Shown one piece after another: positions 40,384-52,805 of a stretch of 64,000 nucleotides of DNA. The DNA comes from Balanoglossus misakiensis (lineage: Eukaryota > Animalia > Hemichordata). Below the pieces are notes generated by a model. That model searched no databases. It worked only from the letters and a program-made list of their open reading frames with translations, and had not been told where the DNA came from. The DNA is taken from assembly GCA_040954595.2 (NCBI GenBank), contig CM082580.2, positions 610,783 to 674,782 on the forward strand. The letters are read 5' to 3'. Both the position numbers and the translations under genes were made by a program. How positions within the stretch are numbered: position 1 is the stretch's first letter; every line of letters begins with the position of its first letter.

Positions 40384-41708
40384 ATGCTGCCTGAAATTGT
40401 CTGCATTTCAACTCGGGATTCTCTTCCTCGTCTGGGGCGAGTTTAAGACCGCTCAATGGTAAGCATGACTTGCTGTATATTTGCTTTTATCGGGCGTGGC
40501 ACAACCGAAACAATAGGAAACAATGTATGTCTACGAACTAATTTACACCTTCCAGTTATCAATACTTTTTTCCTTCGAATTCTAGCCTCGATTGCCTGTG
40601 ATATGATCGTGATGACATGAATTAAATGGTCAAGTTCAAATCTTCATGTGAAGCATAAATTAAATTTGGATGCATTTCCTTAACCATATAGCTAGAAATT
40701 ACTCCCATACCAATACACGGGGAGATACCGTAATTTTGGCTGAAAGTGTGCTAGTCCAACACTATGCTTCATCAAACTGGCTAAGAGATCTATTATTATA
40801 TATAGACACATGAAGGAAAGTAATGTTGTTTATAGTGAAATAAAACAATACCTTAGGCCACAAAGAAAAATATAGATCACGACACAAACAGGCTGGAGTT
40901 TTTTTCAAAAATGTGTGCATAAGATCATATTGGCCCATGGTAATCAAAGCCAAAGCAGCCCAGTTCCAAATTCGAAACTCAGCTCAGTACCAGAAACTTG
41001 CTCAAAGCTACCAAATGCACAGAAAGTTTTGAGAATCTAGATGAAAAATCACCAAGCGACTAGTGCGCTTGTCTATGTTCAATGTGTCTTCCCTGGTAAC
41101 AACATGTACTTCTGCCACCATGCCATGAGATATACTGACAGCCACGTTTGAAACATTTTAGTATACTGATATTCAAAGTTTAAATGTAAAGGCTTACTTT
41201 TCTATAGTAAAATAAATGTTTTATAATTGCCAACAATTTACATTCTTGCGCTAATCAGTTGTATGAAAAGTGAGGTGGATCAAATGTAAGTTTCATTTTC
41301 ACAACAAACATTAAGAAATCATTGTACAGTGTTACGTAGATGTCAAAGTGTGTGTACACCTGTCGTTTACAGATATGATGTCAGTTTCACTTGTCACCTA
41401 ACTGCCATGTTTGTGGTATACCCATGTGGACCACTTTACTGCAGTACTGATGTAAATGGAGTTTCAAGATCGCTGTTACAGATTTCTCTGATTCGTATTC
41501 CACGTACATTATCGCAGCACAGTCTGACCCTATATTATACCATGTTTTGCATATTTTCACTAATTAGTATGGCCCAAATAATTCTAAAGCAAGGTTGATT
41601 GGTTACTAATTGATAAGCAAATATTTGATTCACAGTCTTAAACACAGCATTTCAACGTATGCCGGAGGAGGAAGAGAATACCTAGGCCTGATCCAAGACC
41701 GCTTTCCG
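40384..41708 (+). other. Duplicate mini-exons A' (40384-40458) and B' (41636-41708)
   Basis: Same lengths (75 and 73 bp) and splice signals as exons A and B, with 5 substitutions in total. Confidence 0.6.
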
Positions 41709-42139
41709 GTAAGCACAACTTGCTGTATACATGCTCCATAGCTTGTTTGTAAAGGCTACCTTTTCCCATCAAATAGTGAAGTCGCCCTTTCAAAATTATG
41801 GTGGTGGTAAGCCACAACTGGTTATCATGGAGAGCCCCATATAAACTTACCAGCCCACGCTAGCCATGACTTTACAAATGTTTCCGTCATACTATGCAGA
41901 AAATTCTGGCTGCCTTAAATAGGTTTTCACTTTGCGCTAGGGGGTCAAATCACATTGCATTCTGGGCGAAAAGTCTACAACCCACTGTAGTAAGAGGTGG
42001 AAGAAATGATACATTTTGTGTATTTCATGCTTTGGTCAAACATGTCTGTCTCCGTAGTTAGCATATTAAACTCATTAAATGTTTTTCACATTTTGTTATT
42101 TTGTCTGTTATGACCCATTATCACTTTAGCTTTAGCTTA

Positions 42140-42922
42140 GGCTCCATTCACAAACACCTCTGGATGGGGGGGGGGAGAATTCAATTTTTTTACTGCTAAT
42201 TTTCACATGCCCCCCCCCCCTGTACACAACCCGAAATATTTTCAAATCCCCCACCCCCTTCTGAACTGCCAAAATTTTAAAATCCCCCCCCCCATTTTCT
42301 TTCACAGAGCAAAACACATCACTTATCTATCTTGTAAAAAAGAAAATCAGCGCTCCCATGAAAAGACTTTGAAACTGATGTTTCCCCTCATCAGTGGGTA
42401 TTAAAACTGAACATGGTTTTTATTTTTTAAGTATTTGTATTCTGTGTTGGGAGACATTGTAAACCGGGAATTGAAGGGGGTGGGTGTGGGAAGGGGTGTC
42501 CCCCTCCCACGTAAGAAAATTTTATAAAATACAGAGCTCAAAGCTGCATTTTTATGAACCCGGCAAAAGCAAATTAACTCAACTACCAGTATGTTGGGGA
42601 GGATAAATTTAACCGTCGCCGCTCAAAGTTATCATGGGGTGGGGGCAAGTCCCCTGACATGGGACACTAAATAAACCAGTTAATGATTGAAAGGTGTTGA
42701 TGAATGGAGGGGGGTGGGTGTGGGAGGGGGTGTAAAATAAAGGGCGCGAAACTGCATTTTTGTGGACTCAAAATAAATATTTAGTCGTCAAAGTTTTCAA
42801 GTCCCCCCTTTCAGTCCCTAAATTATTTCAAATCCCCCCTTACATACCTTCAATTTTTTCAAATCCCCCCCCCGCTCAATTCTCCTGCCCCCCCCTCGCC
42901 AGAGGTGTTTGTGAATGCAGCC
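42140..42922. mobile_element. PIF/Harbinger-like MITE with TTA TSD
   Basis: TIRs GGCTCCATTCACAAACACCTCTGG and CCAGAGGTGTTTGTGAATGCAGCC with TTA on both sides. Empty site tttagcTTAtgaactccc at 35621-35638. Confidence 0.92.
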
Positions 42923-43618
42923 TTATGAACTCCCATTTCTTTAACATGGCAAAAATCGGCCATCAATTGTCGACCATATGAGATTTTCATCACTCACTTA
43001 GGGTAGCTTAAGGGAGAATTGTATAGGCATGACTTGGGCTGTAAATTTGATGAAATAGCTACATGCCTATTGTTAACAAGCAGCTGACTGTACTGAAAGA
43101 ATGGAAGTGTTGTGTACCTATTTTACATATTCAATATTTGTAATTAGACCATGTCATGTATATCTTGGGGATTGCTCGATCGCAATGTCTCTGCTGGTAC
43201 AATGTCCTTTTAACTTGTACAGTAATATGGTAGTGATTGTAAGTTTGTGTACGGCATTTGTAAGTTATTTTCAATTTATAATTTTTTTGTAAGTTTCTTC
43301 ATTCTCAAATTGCTTGCCTAACGTACTGCTTTAAAATTTAAATTTTGGTATGATTTTGAGTAGACTTTTGTTTCAAAATTATTTTCGACACTTGACATTT
43401 TTGGGTGATATGATTTTACATGGAAAATCTGATTTCCCTGTAATTCGGTTGACAGGATTTTCACAATATCTCTAAATCATGAAGTACATGTATCAGAATT
43501 GCATCAGGCCCCCAAAATTCTAGTCGCCCTTGGCAAGTAATATTAGCCATTGTTGTCCAAGGACGTTGAAGGTACAATTGGTTTTTAAACTTACTATGTA
43601 GGCATTTTATCAGAATTA

Positions 43619-46600
43619 TTAGGTCCCATTTGGTGCAGGTATATGTATTTATACCATGGGACCTTATGGGATCAGTTGCACCTGTATATATGGATGTCTG
43701 TATGGATGTTTGTCTGTATGTCTATCAATATCAAACACTTGGAAACCACTGGCATGTGACCTTGATATTTAGTGTGGAGATGCAGGCAGGGCATTAAGTG
43801 GGAGTTGTCAAAATGAAGTTGTCATTGCCAAAATATGCAAATTAGCTGGGAAAGTGTCAAATTCGTCCAAACTCGGGAACTCGACAACTACTGAGCAAAT
43901 TGCTTTCAAAATTGAAAATTGGTATTCCTGTAAGTTATGTTAACCTCACACAGTTCTATATGTCGTGAGCTAATGTGAATTTTCGATTTTTTATGTATTT
44001 TTTGTCTCTTTCCACATTATCGGTAGAAAATCTGCTTTTCTGGAATTGATCAGCTGACTTATTTGAAATTTAGTATGAAGCTTCATAGGTGATCTGAGTT
44101 ATCATAGTTTTGTAAGGTCCCATTTGCTTTACCATGGGACCTTATGATATCGGTGGATGTATGTATGTATGTCTGTATGTCCGTCCACATCACAAACTTG
44201 AAAACCGCTGGGCATATGACCTCGATATTTGGTGTGTAGATGCAGGCCAGGCTGAAGATTGGAGTTTGTTCAAATGAAGCTGTCATTGCCAAAAATATGC
44301 AAATTAGCTAGGAAAATGTGAAATTGGTCAAAACTCAAACTCAACAACCACTGGTCACATTCATTTGAAAATCAGTATGCATGTACCTTATGTCTACCTC
44401 AAACAGTCCTGTATGTTTTGAGCTAATATTATCGATTTTTAATTTTTTATGCCAAAAATCTTTTATGCATTTTTTGTATTATTCCACATTATTGGTAAAG
44501 AAATCATCATTTCTTAAAGTTATAGGCCTCATTCTTTGAATTTTAGTATGAAGCTTCTAATGGTTGTCTGAGTAACCAAAGTTTTGTTCAAATTGTTGAA
44601 AAATTTGCATATTTTAATTTTGAGCAATTTTTGCCACTTTTGGTCATTTTTTTTTTCTTTAAAACTGCATGCCAGATTGATTTGGTAGGCATATTCCTAA
44701 GGGTAAACTGAGTAAGATGTTGTAAAAATGTTTTAGTATATATTGTGTTATTGGGGAAGGGGGGGGGGGTTACTCAAACATTTATAACACCCAGCAACTT
44801 TTGGTACTGGCAGGGTTTGTCCTCCAATGATTTCAACATCCTGCTAGGAATACAACCTCTCCTCAACTTTATAAATATAGGGCATGACATTGCAGGTTTT
44901 TTGAGAACGCTGTTTAAAATAACCCTCATCAAGCCTGTTAACTTATTTAGACAGACTATTATCCAGAATGAAACGAAACATGGATGCAATAAAAAGATCT
45001 TGTGCAATAAAAACCAAGTTGATCATAACAATTATTTGCTAAGTACAACATGTACATCACTAATAGAAGTTATGGCTATAAGCATAAACCTGTTTGTTTT
45101 GCTATCTTCACTATTCATATTATCTGACTATATTAATACATTTGCAAGCATACTGTTTCAGACATAGCGAATTTGATAAACATCTACAAATATATTTTTA
45201 CCTGTTGAAGTTATCAAAATCCAGACACTTGACAAAAGGACATTTTTCATCCCCTCTATAGATTGATAGTCTAACATAGCAGGCAATCTGTTTTTAACAA
45301 CTGCAGAAGCCTTCATAAAAAGTTGTTGGCCAGAATGAAAGCTTAGGGGGACGTAGGATTTCCTACTTTTTAGGTTATTTTTTCTATGGCCCCAAAAAGC
45401 TATGACAAAAAATTGATGACCCCCTTGGAATTTATAATTCCCCCCCCCCTATCATACCCTGTCCATATTCTTATAAATGTCAATAAATGCCACACAGTCC
45501 TGTATGTTTTGTTTTGAGCTAATATTATGAATTTTCTATTTTTATTGTTTTGTCTTTTACTGCATTATTGGTAAAGAAAAATCTTCCTTTCTGAAAGCCA
45601 TAGTTTTTGTCCAAATTGCAAATTGTTGTGAAATTGGTATATTTATAATTTTGAGCAATTTTGTAATTTTTGCTCAGAATGCAGATTCCTAGGGGGGTAA
45701 CCCAAGTAAGGTGTTGTAAAAGAATTGTTTAAAAAATAAAAATATATTTGTAGATGGTTATCAAATTCGCTGTGTCTGAAAGCGCTTGTCAGATTGCTTT
45801 GAACTTTGACAGGAATGTTCCTTGTAGTGATTTAAGTAAGATGGTGTACAATTATAGTGATTTTTGCATATTTGTGTTTTTGCCACTTTTGAACAAATGT
45901 AGTTTTGTTTAACCCCCATCTTACCCTATCCATATTCAAATAAATATGAAAAGAAATTTCTCACAGATATTATTTACTTTGATAATACTATCATTTGTGC
46001 AACAACTAATCAATCAAACAGTCAATAATCATAAATTGGGAGTTCAAAAATATCTATAAGGGAGATTTAAAACCCCGTTAGCAACAACTGTTTGCCATGT
46101 TTTCAGTATTAATGTTTTGTGTAGCTTCTGCAGTTTTTAGGTCCCATATGGTATGTACCATGGGCCTTATGGAATCAGTTGTGTCTGTATTTATGTATGG
46201 ATGTACTGTATTTTCGCGAGTTAAATTTTTCGCGATATCGAGAGAGGCCACTGTTTCGCGAGTATTAATTTTCGCGTTCTCTTATTTCATTCACTGCATC
46301 GTTATCTTCAAAAACAATTTACGCGACTTTTTATTTTCACGTTATTTTGGCTCTCGCGTATTTGGCGAAAATTAATTGCTCGCGAAAATAAAGTGTTTTA
46401 CAGTATGTCTGTCTGTTTGTATGGATGTATGTCTGTATGTCCGTCCACATCTAAAACTTGAAAACCGTTGTGCATATCACCTCGATATTTGGTGTGCAGA
46501 TGCAGGCTGGGCTGTAGATTGGAGTTTGTTAACATGAAAATGTCATTACCAAATATATGCAAATTAGCTGGAAAATGTGAAATTGGTCAAAACTCGCAAA

Positions 46601-47800
46601 ATTCAACAACTGCTGGTCAGATTGATTTGGAAATTGGTATGCAAGTACCTTATGCCTACCTCATACAGTCCTGTATGTTTTGAGCTAATTTTGATTTTCT
46701 ATTTTTGATGCATTTGTTTGTATTTTTCAACATTATTGGTAAAAAATCTTCATATGAATCTAAAATTACCGTCGAATCATCCAGTGTGAGTTAGCACTGT
46801 AATTAGCAAAAGTTATAAATCCACAGTTACCCAGCAAATTTGATATAATGCTTCACATAGGTATTGGTTTTGAACATCCTTCAGAAAGGGTATGAATATT
46901 TTAAAATTTTTACTGTTGCAACCCAGACTAGTTTATTTCTGAATAAACAGAGAAATGACAACCGGATAGATTATTCTTCTGTACTAAAGACATATGCAGA
47001 CACAAGAAATAGTCTGAACATTTTCAGTACATTACTAAAACAGTGTAGGTACATTGTACTATAAACTGAGGAAGATTAGTGACTATTGTTTGCCAAAAAT
47101 GGTCCCAAGTCATTTCTCAAGCATAGCAGAATAGTAGCTTTGAGTAGCAAAGTGTGATGATTTAAAATGTAAAAAGACAACACCAATCTCTAGCTCTGCT
47201 CTCAGCACTGCAAAAGTTATCTGACAGGTAGATAGATGTTCAGTCATCCTATGTCTGTCAACATTTTTCTTTTCTGAAATCACTGGCGCAAGTGCTTTTA
47301 AAATTGGTGTGCAGGTTTCTTGGGGTGGCGAAGTAATGTGTGTTCAAATTGTGTTGAATTCTGCATATTTGTAGTTTGGAACAAGTTTTTTGCTGTTTTT
47401 GGAAGAAAAAAGCTAAGCTCGTAGATTACTTTGACTATGCAGGTTTCTAGGTATGACACAAGTTGTTTCTTCAAAATATGGTGAAATTTGCATATTTGGG
47501 GGGAAATTTTCTCTGAAATTTAGTATTGATCTCCCTGAGGTATGTGACATAATCTGTAATTTTGTATTTTGGAGACAGTTGCCTTTTTGTACAAACAAAA
47601 AATCTTGTCAGAATATGCATGTCTGATTGCCACAGGGGTGATCTACTTTTATTTACATTATAACCGAATCTGTAAAGTTTTCATAATGATCTTTAAAATA
47701 GGTACGTCTAATTGTTTTGATCTTTGGTATGAATTGTCCCTTGGTGATCTTAGTCAATGCTTTTGAAATTCCGCTGAATATTGCATTATTATTTTGTCTG
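43619..47800 (+). mobile_element. Further Helentron/DINE-1-like copies
   Basis: aggtcccat...atgggacct hairpin heads with following microsatellites at 43619, 44115 and 46136, and a shared body gtcattgccaaaatatgcaaattagctgg. Confidence 0.6.
46206..46403. mobile_element. TA-flanked MITE (CTGTA...TACAG) rich in ttttcgcg motifs
   Basis: ta-CTGTA...TACAG-ta interrupts a tgta/tgtc microsatellite. Repeated tttcgcga/cgcgaaaa motifs. Confidence 0.7.
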
Positions 47801-48094
47801 AGTCTGAAGAGTAGTCATCATCTCTGAAACCCCTTGACCTAAGTCAGGTGTCAAATAGTACAATTTGCAGATTTGTTGCATTGGAGATATTGTTGCAGTT
47901 TTTGAAATTCAAGATGGCTGCCAATGTCTGTGTTAACTCTATGGAAAAACATTTATGTAAATACTTTTCTGAAAACAAGGCGGTGAACATCACATTTTTG
48001 TTTACAAACAGTAATAGAAATAGCTATCATTGTTTCTGAAAATCCTAACTTGTAGGATTCTTTTTCAATCTCTGGCATCAGCAGAGACAATTAA

Positions 48095-48827
48095 GGTGGC
48101 ATTGCATGAAAAGTTGTGATTTTTGCCAAATTTTACTTTTTTACATAAATCGGTAGGCCTAATACTCACCCACATCCTGACTAATACGTCTTGGCGGAAA
48201 TGGTGCACAATCACCCCCAAATAGCACTTTTCTGAATGAGTTCACAGCTTAACAAATAGGTGTCAACAATGCAAATGGCCGTTTTTCTCGGTTTGCATTT
48301 TCGCTGCTTTTGACAACTTCGGACTAAAATAGCTTCGCCCTGCATTGGCCGAATTTGCTCAAATTTTGACAGGGAATTGTGTATGACCCATCCAACAAAA
48401 CGCTAGTTTTGTATGTCGATAAAGTGTCCCTGGCGGGAATAAACTCTGATTCAATACAACTCACCGTGAATTTGATCAAATTTTCAGAAAATCTAACTTT
48501 CAAACGCTGTTACTCCTCAATGGAAGCAGATAACGCAAAACAAAATTAGCGTTTTTTTGCACGTGTACTTTAGTTTCGAATGACATATTAAGATGCATGA
48601 TGCATGGTCAACTTTTTTACCTATTTTAAATTTCATGACATAATATCAAAAAATGGGTTTTTTCGCCCAAAATCGCCACCATTTCCGGGGATCAATAATA
48701 TTTGCAACTCAAACAAAAGTTCAAAATCTCAGCTTCCAGAATATATATGGTTTATGGGGGTTTAAACTTTGTCTTTGATGAGAAATAGGCCTCTGAAAAA
48801 GTCTCGATGGTTTCATGCAGTGCCACC
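48095..48827. mobile_element. Kolobok-like non-autonomous element
   Basis: TIRs GGTGGCATTGCATGAAA and TTTCATGCAGTGCCACC (16/17 match). TTAA at 48091-48094 and 48828-48831. Confidence 0.9.
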
Positions 48828-49607
48828 TTAAACAACTCTATAAAAAGTCTTATTGCTTAGTACTGGCACGAGGTGGTAAAAAGATGTGCAGCTTTTGACT
48901 TATTACAGGCTTACACTTTGTTAGTAATATGAGTCCCTATTGGTATTGTGCTGGGTTTTTAGGAGCTTGGGCCCCATTCCCTGGATATTTTTTACACCTT
49001 GCTCTGAAAACCTGCCACACCTATGCTTCTTGAATTTGTCACAGTTGTCCTTGCCAATGAGTGTGCACCTTGAAATTCAAATCAGTCATTTGACCTGGCA
49101 GCCATACTCAGTTGAAATTGTTAAATAAATGCAAATTAGCTGGGAAAATTTGAAATTGGTCAAAACCACTGGTCAGATTGATTTGACAATTGGTATGCAA
49201 GTACCTTATGTCAACCACATACAGTCCTGTATTTTGAATAGTTTGAATGTTCTATTTTTATGCATTTTTTGCCTTTTTCCTCATTTTTGGTAAAACATCT
49301 ACTTTTCTAAAATTGATGAGACGACTTCTTTGAAATTTAGTATGAAGCTTCATATAGGTGATATGAGTTAGCATACTTTTGTTAAAATGTTGCAAAATTT
49401 GCATATTCATAATTTTGGAGCAATTTCGGCCGTTTTTGAATTTTTTTTTTAAACCGGTTGTTACATTGCTTTGAAATTTGTTAGTCATATTAGGGGTAGC
49501 CCAAGTAAGATTTGCATGTATGTTTTTCAAATCAACTTGATGAATTGAATAGTATATTTTTGGGATGATTTTTGCCATTTTTGGTCAAAACTCTTCTCAG
49601 AACCCCC

Positions 49608-50224
49608 CACAGTACGTGAAATATCCCATGAATCACTCTGGTTTGTACAACCAGAGATTACTCGGTCAAACCAGGCAAAGTTCACATGTGTAGAGAAAAT
49701 TGTAGACCACTAATACAAATTTTGAGAGCATGCTTTAAAGGCGAATCTTATTGTCAATTACCATTTCAAATGATAAACAAAATCATGCATTATTGAAAGA
49801 GGAGATACACATTTTATAAAATAAGCAATTGCATAGCCAGCCGATACAAAAAAGTTTGAAGTAAAACAGGGACACTTGAAACACTTGTTTAATCAAACAA
49901 AACAATATTGATTTTTTTCTATAGACAGAACAATGGAAATTTACATGTTGACTTTCAACAGAGACTGGCCACCTCAGTTAGTCATTGCTTCTTTCCTCCT
50001 AAGTGTGACATTTGACGTACATGAATGAATACTTTGATTTCTATGGCTTTTAAATCTTGATTTTGAAATTTTCACTCTAATTCCTCAACATACTTTTTCT
50101 AGATAAATCTTAATACAGTTATATGTACTTCATATCATTGTTAGTATCTAAAACAGAAAGTAATTAAATGGACAATCTCGATGATACAAATCATGGAGAG
50201 TTGTGGGTAAAATATCGTACTGTG
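49608..50224. mobile_element. Non-autonomous TIR element with CACAGTA termini and CCCCC 5-bp flanks (Transib-like)
   Basis: CACAGTACG...CGTACTGTG, with imperfect TIR similarity over ~50 bp. ccccc at 49603-49607 and 50225-50229. Confidence 0.6.
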
Positions 50225-50660
50225 CCCCCTTTACCCCCACTGCTTTGAAATTTGATTTGAAGGTTTCAGGGTTTGTTCTCATGATAATTTACAGATTGAT
50301 TTGACAATTGGTATGCAAGTACCTTATGTCAACCACATACAATCCTGTATTTTTTTAACTAATAGTTTGAATGTTCTATTTTATGCATTTTTTGCCTTTT
50401 TCCTCATTTGTGGTAAAAAAAATTTAGTATGAAGCTTCATGTAGGTGATATGAGTTACAATACTTTTGTTGAAATGTTGCAAAATTTGCATATTGATAAT
50501 TTTGGAGCAATTTCAGCCTTGTTTAATTAATTTTTTTTCTCTAAAACCGCTTGTTCCATTGCTTTAAAATTTGTTAGTCATGTTAGGGGTAGCTCAAGTA
50601 AGATTTGCATGTATGTTTTTCAAATCAACTTGATGAATTGAATAGTATATTTTTGGGGGA

Positions 50661-50958
50661 TCAAATCAAATCAAATCAAAACAAACATTTATAAAGCGCC
50701 AGAATCAATAACAATGTTATTTCCAAAGGCGCTGAAAGTATAACATCAGTGTTCGTAGGCTTTGACAAATAGAAATGTCTTGAGTTTTTGTTTGAAAATG
50801 TTGAGACTAGAAGCCTGTTGAATGTCAGATGGCAGAGATTCCAAAGTTGTGGCGCGACAAGGGAAAAGGCACATCCACCATATGTTTTGAGTCTGTACTT
50901 TGGTACACACAACTGGTTCCTTGAGCTGGAGCGCAGAGCCCGACTAGGCTTATATGAT
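50661..50958 (-). mobile_element. L2-group LINE extreme 3' fragment with (TTTGA)n tail
   Basis: YKPSRALRSS...PKYRLKTYGGCAFSLVAPQLWN on the minus strand, with tcaaa repeats at 50661-50680. Confidence 0.85.
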
Positions 50959-51737
50959 TTTTGATTTGATTTGGTTTCAGGGTGATTTCTCATGATGATT
51001 TACAAAACCTATGACTGATTACTTTGAAATTTGAGTAGGAAGTTAATTGGATGTGTTTGTTTAGATAATGGAATCAAATAAAGTTATTCATTCTTCACCT
51101 TCATTCTTCACCTCATTTCATTTATTGGCTGGTTTGTCTATTGTATCAGGGAAGAGTACTTGCCATCCCACCCCACCGATGCAAACTTTGAGTGGCAAAA
51201 GTAAAATTTGTCGTAACATTGAGTTAATTTGCTTTTGGGCTCACTAAAATGCAACTTTGAGCTCTGTATTTGTACAAAATTTTCATTAATTGGCTGGTTT
51301 GTCTATTGTACCAGGCCAGCATACATAAGATCAAGATGTTTTCGGGGCTGGGGGGGGGCATCATATTTTATTGCCTCTCTATGTGTGTGTCTGTCTGTCT
51401 GTACTCCTGTGTAGACTTTTTCTAGTGTAATCACTAAATGAGACCACAGTGTCCTTGACGCTATTTTTTGCGATTTTCAATGACCCTGGGGTAACCTTTG
51501 ACCAGCTTTCATATATCTTGGTATTCACAGCAGAATACAGCCTTGGCATACCCTGGTAACCATGGGAACCGTTTGGGCCCAACCAATGGTGCTGGCAGCG
51601 TTAATTTTTAAATGATTTCTTCTTGTCGTTTTCTTTATCAATATGATGACTTGACCTAATCAGATTATTAAAATAATTTCATTCTTTTTTTACATTAGGT
51701 TCTTTGGTAACACTGCTGCTGGAGGGAGTGTAATATT

Positions 51738-52446
51738 TGTAACGACGTCGCCACCTAATACTGTACTGGAGGTATGAACTTAAACTTGTAACGACGCCGC
51801 CACCTAATACTGTACTGGAGAGATGAAGTTAATACTTGTAACGACGCCGCCACCTAATACTGTACTGGAGAGATGAACTTAATACTTGTAACGACGCCGC
51901 CACCTAATACTGTACTGGAGAGATGAAGTTAATACTTGTAACGACGCCGCCACCTAATACTGTACTGGAGAGATGAAGTTAATACTTGTAACGACGCCGC
52001 CACCTAATACTGTACTGGAGAGATGAAGTTAATACTTGTAACGACGCCGCCACCTAATACTGTACTGGAGAGATGAAGTTAATACTTGTAACGACGGCGC
52101 CACCTAATACTGTACTGGAGAGATGAAGTTAATACTTGTAACGACGCCGCCACCTAATACTGTACTGGAGAGATGAAGTTAATACTTGTAACGACGCCGC
52201 CACCTAATACTGTACTGGAGGGATGAACTTAAACTTGTAACGACGCCGCCACCTAATACTGTACTGGAGAGATGAAGTTAATACTTGTAACGACGCCGCC
52301 ACCTAATACTGTACTGGAGAGATGAAGTTAATACTTGTAACGCCGCCGCCACCTAATACTGTACTGGAGAGATGAACTTAATACTTGTAACGACGCCGCC
52401 ACCTTATACTGTACTGGAGGGATGAACTTAAACCTGTAACGACGCC
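51738..52446. repeat. 50-bp minisatellite, ~14 copies
   Basis: Unit tgtaacgacgccgccacctaatactgtactggagagatgaagttaatact. Confidence 0.95.
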
Positions 52447-52632
52447 AGATGATGCTCCTGTGACCAGAGGGATGAACGACGCCATGATTTGTTGATCTGA
52501 TCTAATAAATAATATTCATTCTTTTTTTTCAATAGGTTCATTGGTATTATCATCGCCGGAGGGAGTCTAATCAATATCTACAACAACGCCGCACCAGATA
52601 ACAATATCAAAACCAGAGGGATGCTGTCAATA

Positions 52633-52805
52633 GGTTAGGCTAATAAAAATGGTTTAATCTGAGGGAATGGTAAAGGGTTGGTGTATGAATATGTTAGGGT
52701 AATAAAAAATGGTATAATCTAACGGAATGGTGAAGGGTTGGTGTATAAACAGGTTAGGCTAATAAAAATGGTATAATCTAATGAAATGGTGAAGGGTTGG
52801 TGTAT
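52633..52805. repeat. ~60-bp tandem repeat x3
   Basis: gttaggctaataaaaatggtataatct...aatggtgaagggttggtgtat occurs three times. Confidence 0.85.

Larger units (their letters stand above)
40336..45900 (+). repeat. Tandem segmental duplication, copy 2
   Basis: Collinear with copy 1. Lacks the 34216 MITE, and carries an extra ~620 bp at 40905-41523 and a MITE at 42140. Confidence 0.85.

Noticed and set aside
40605-40745. Intronic C/D-box snoRNA (GTGATGA...CTGA)
   Set aside because: Box C is not conserved in copy 1, where the region is also interrupted by a MITE, and no terminal stem is seen.
44774-45167. Possible LINE RT fragment (YQKLLGV)
   Set aside because: A single weak motif with no other RT motifs recognisable.
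51738-52446. CRISPR-like regular repeat
   Set aside because: The units are contiguous and nearly identical with no unique spacers. There are no cas genes and the context is eukaryotic.
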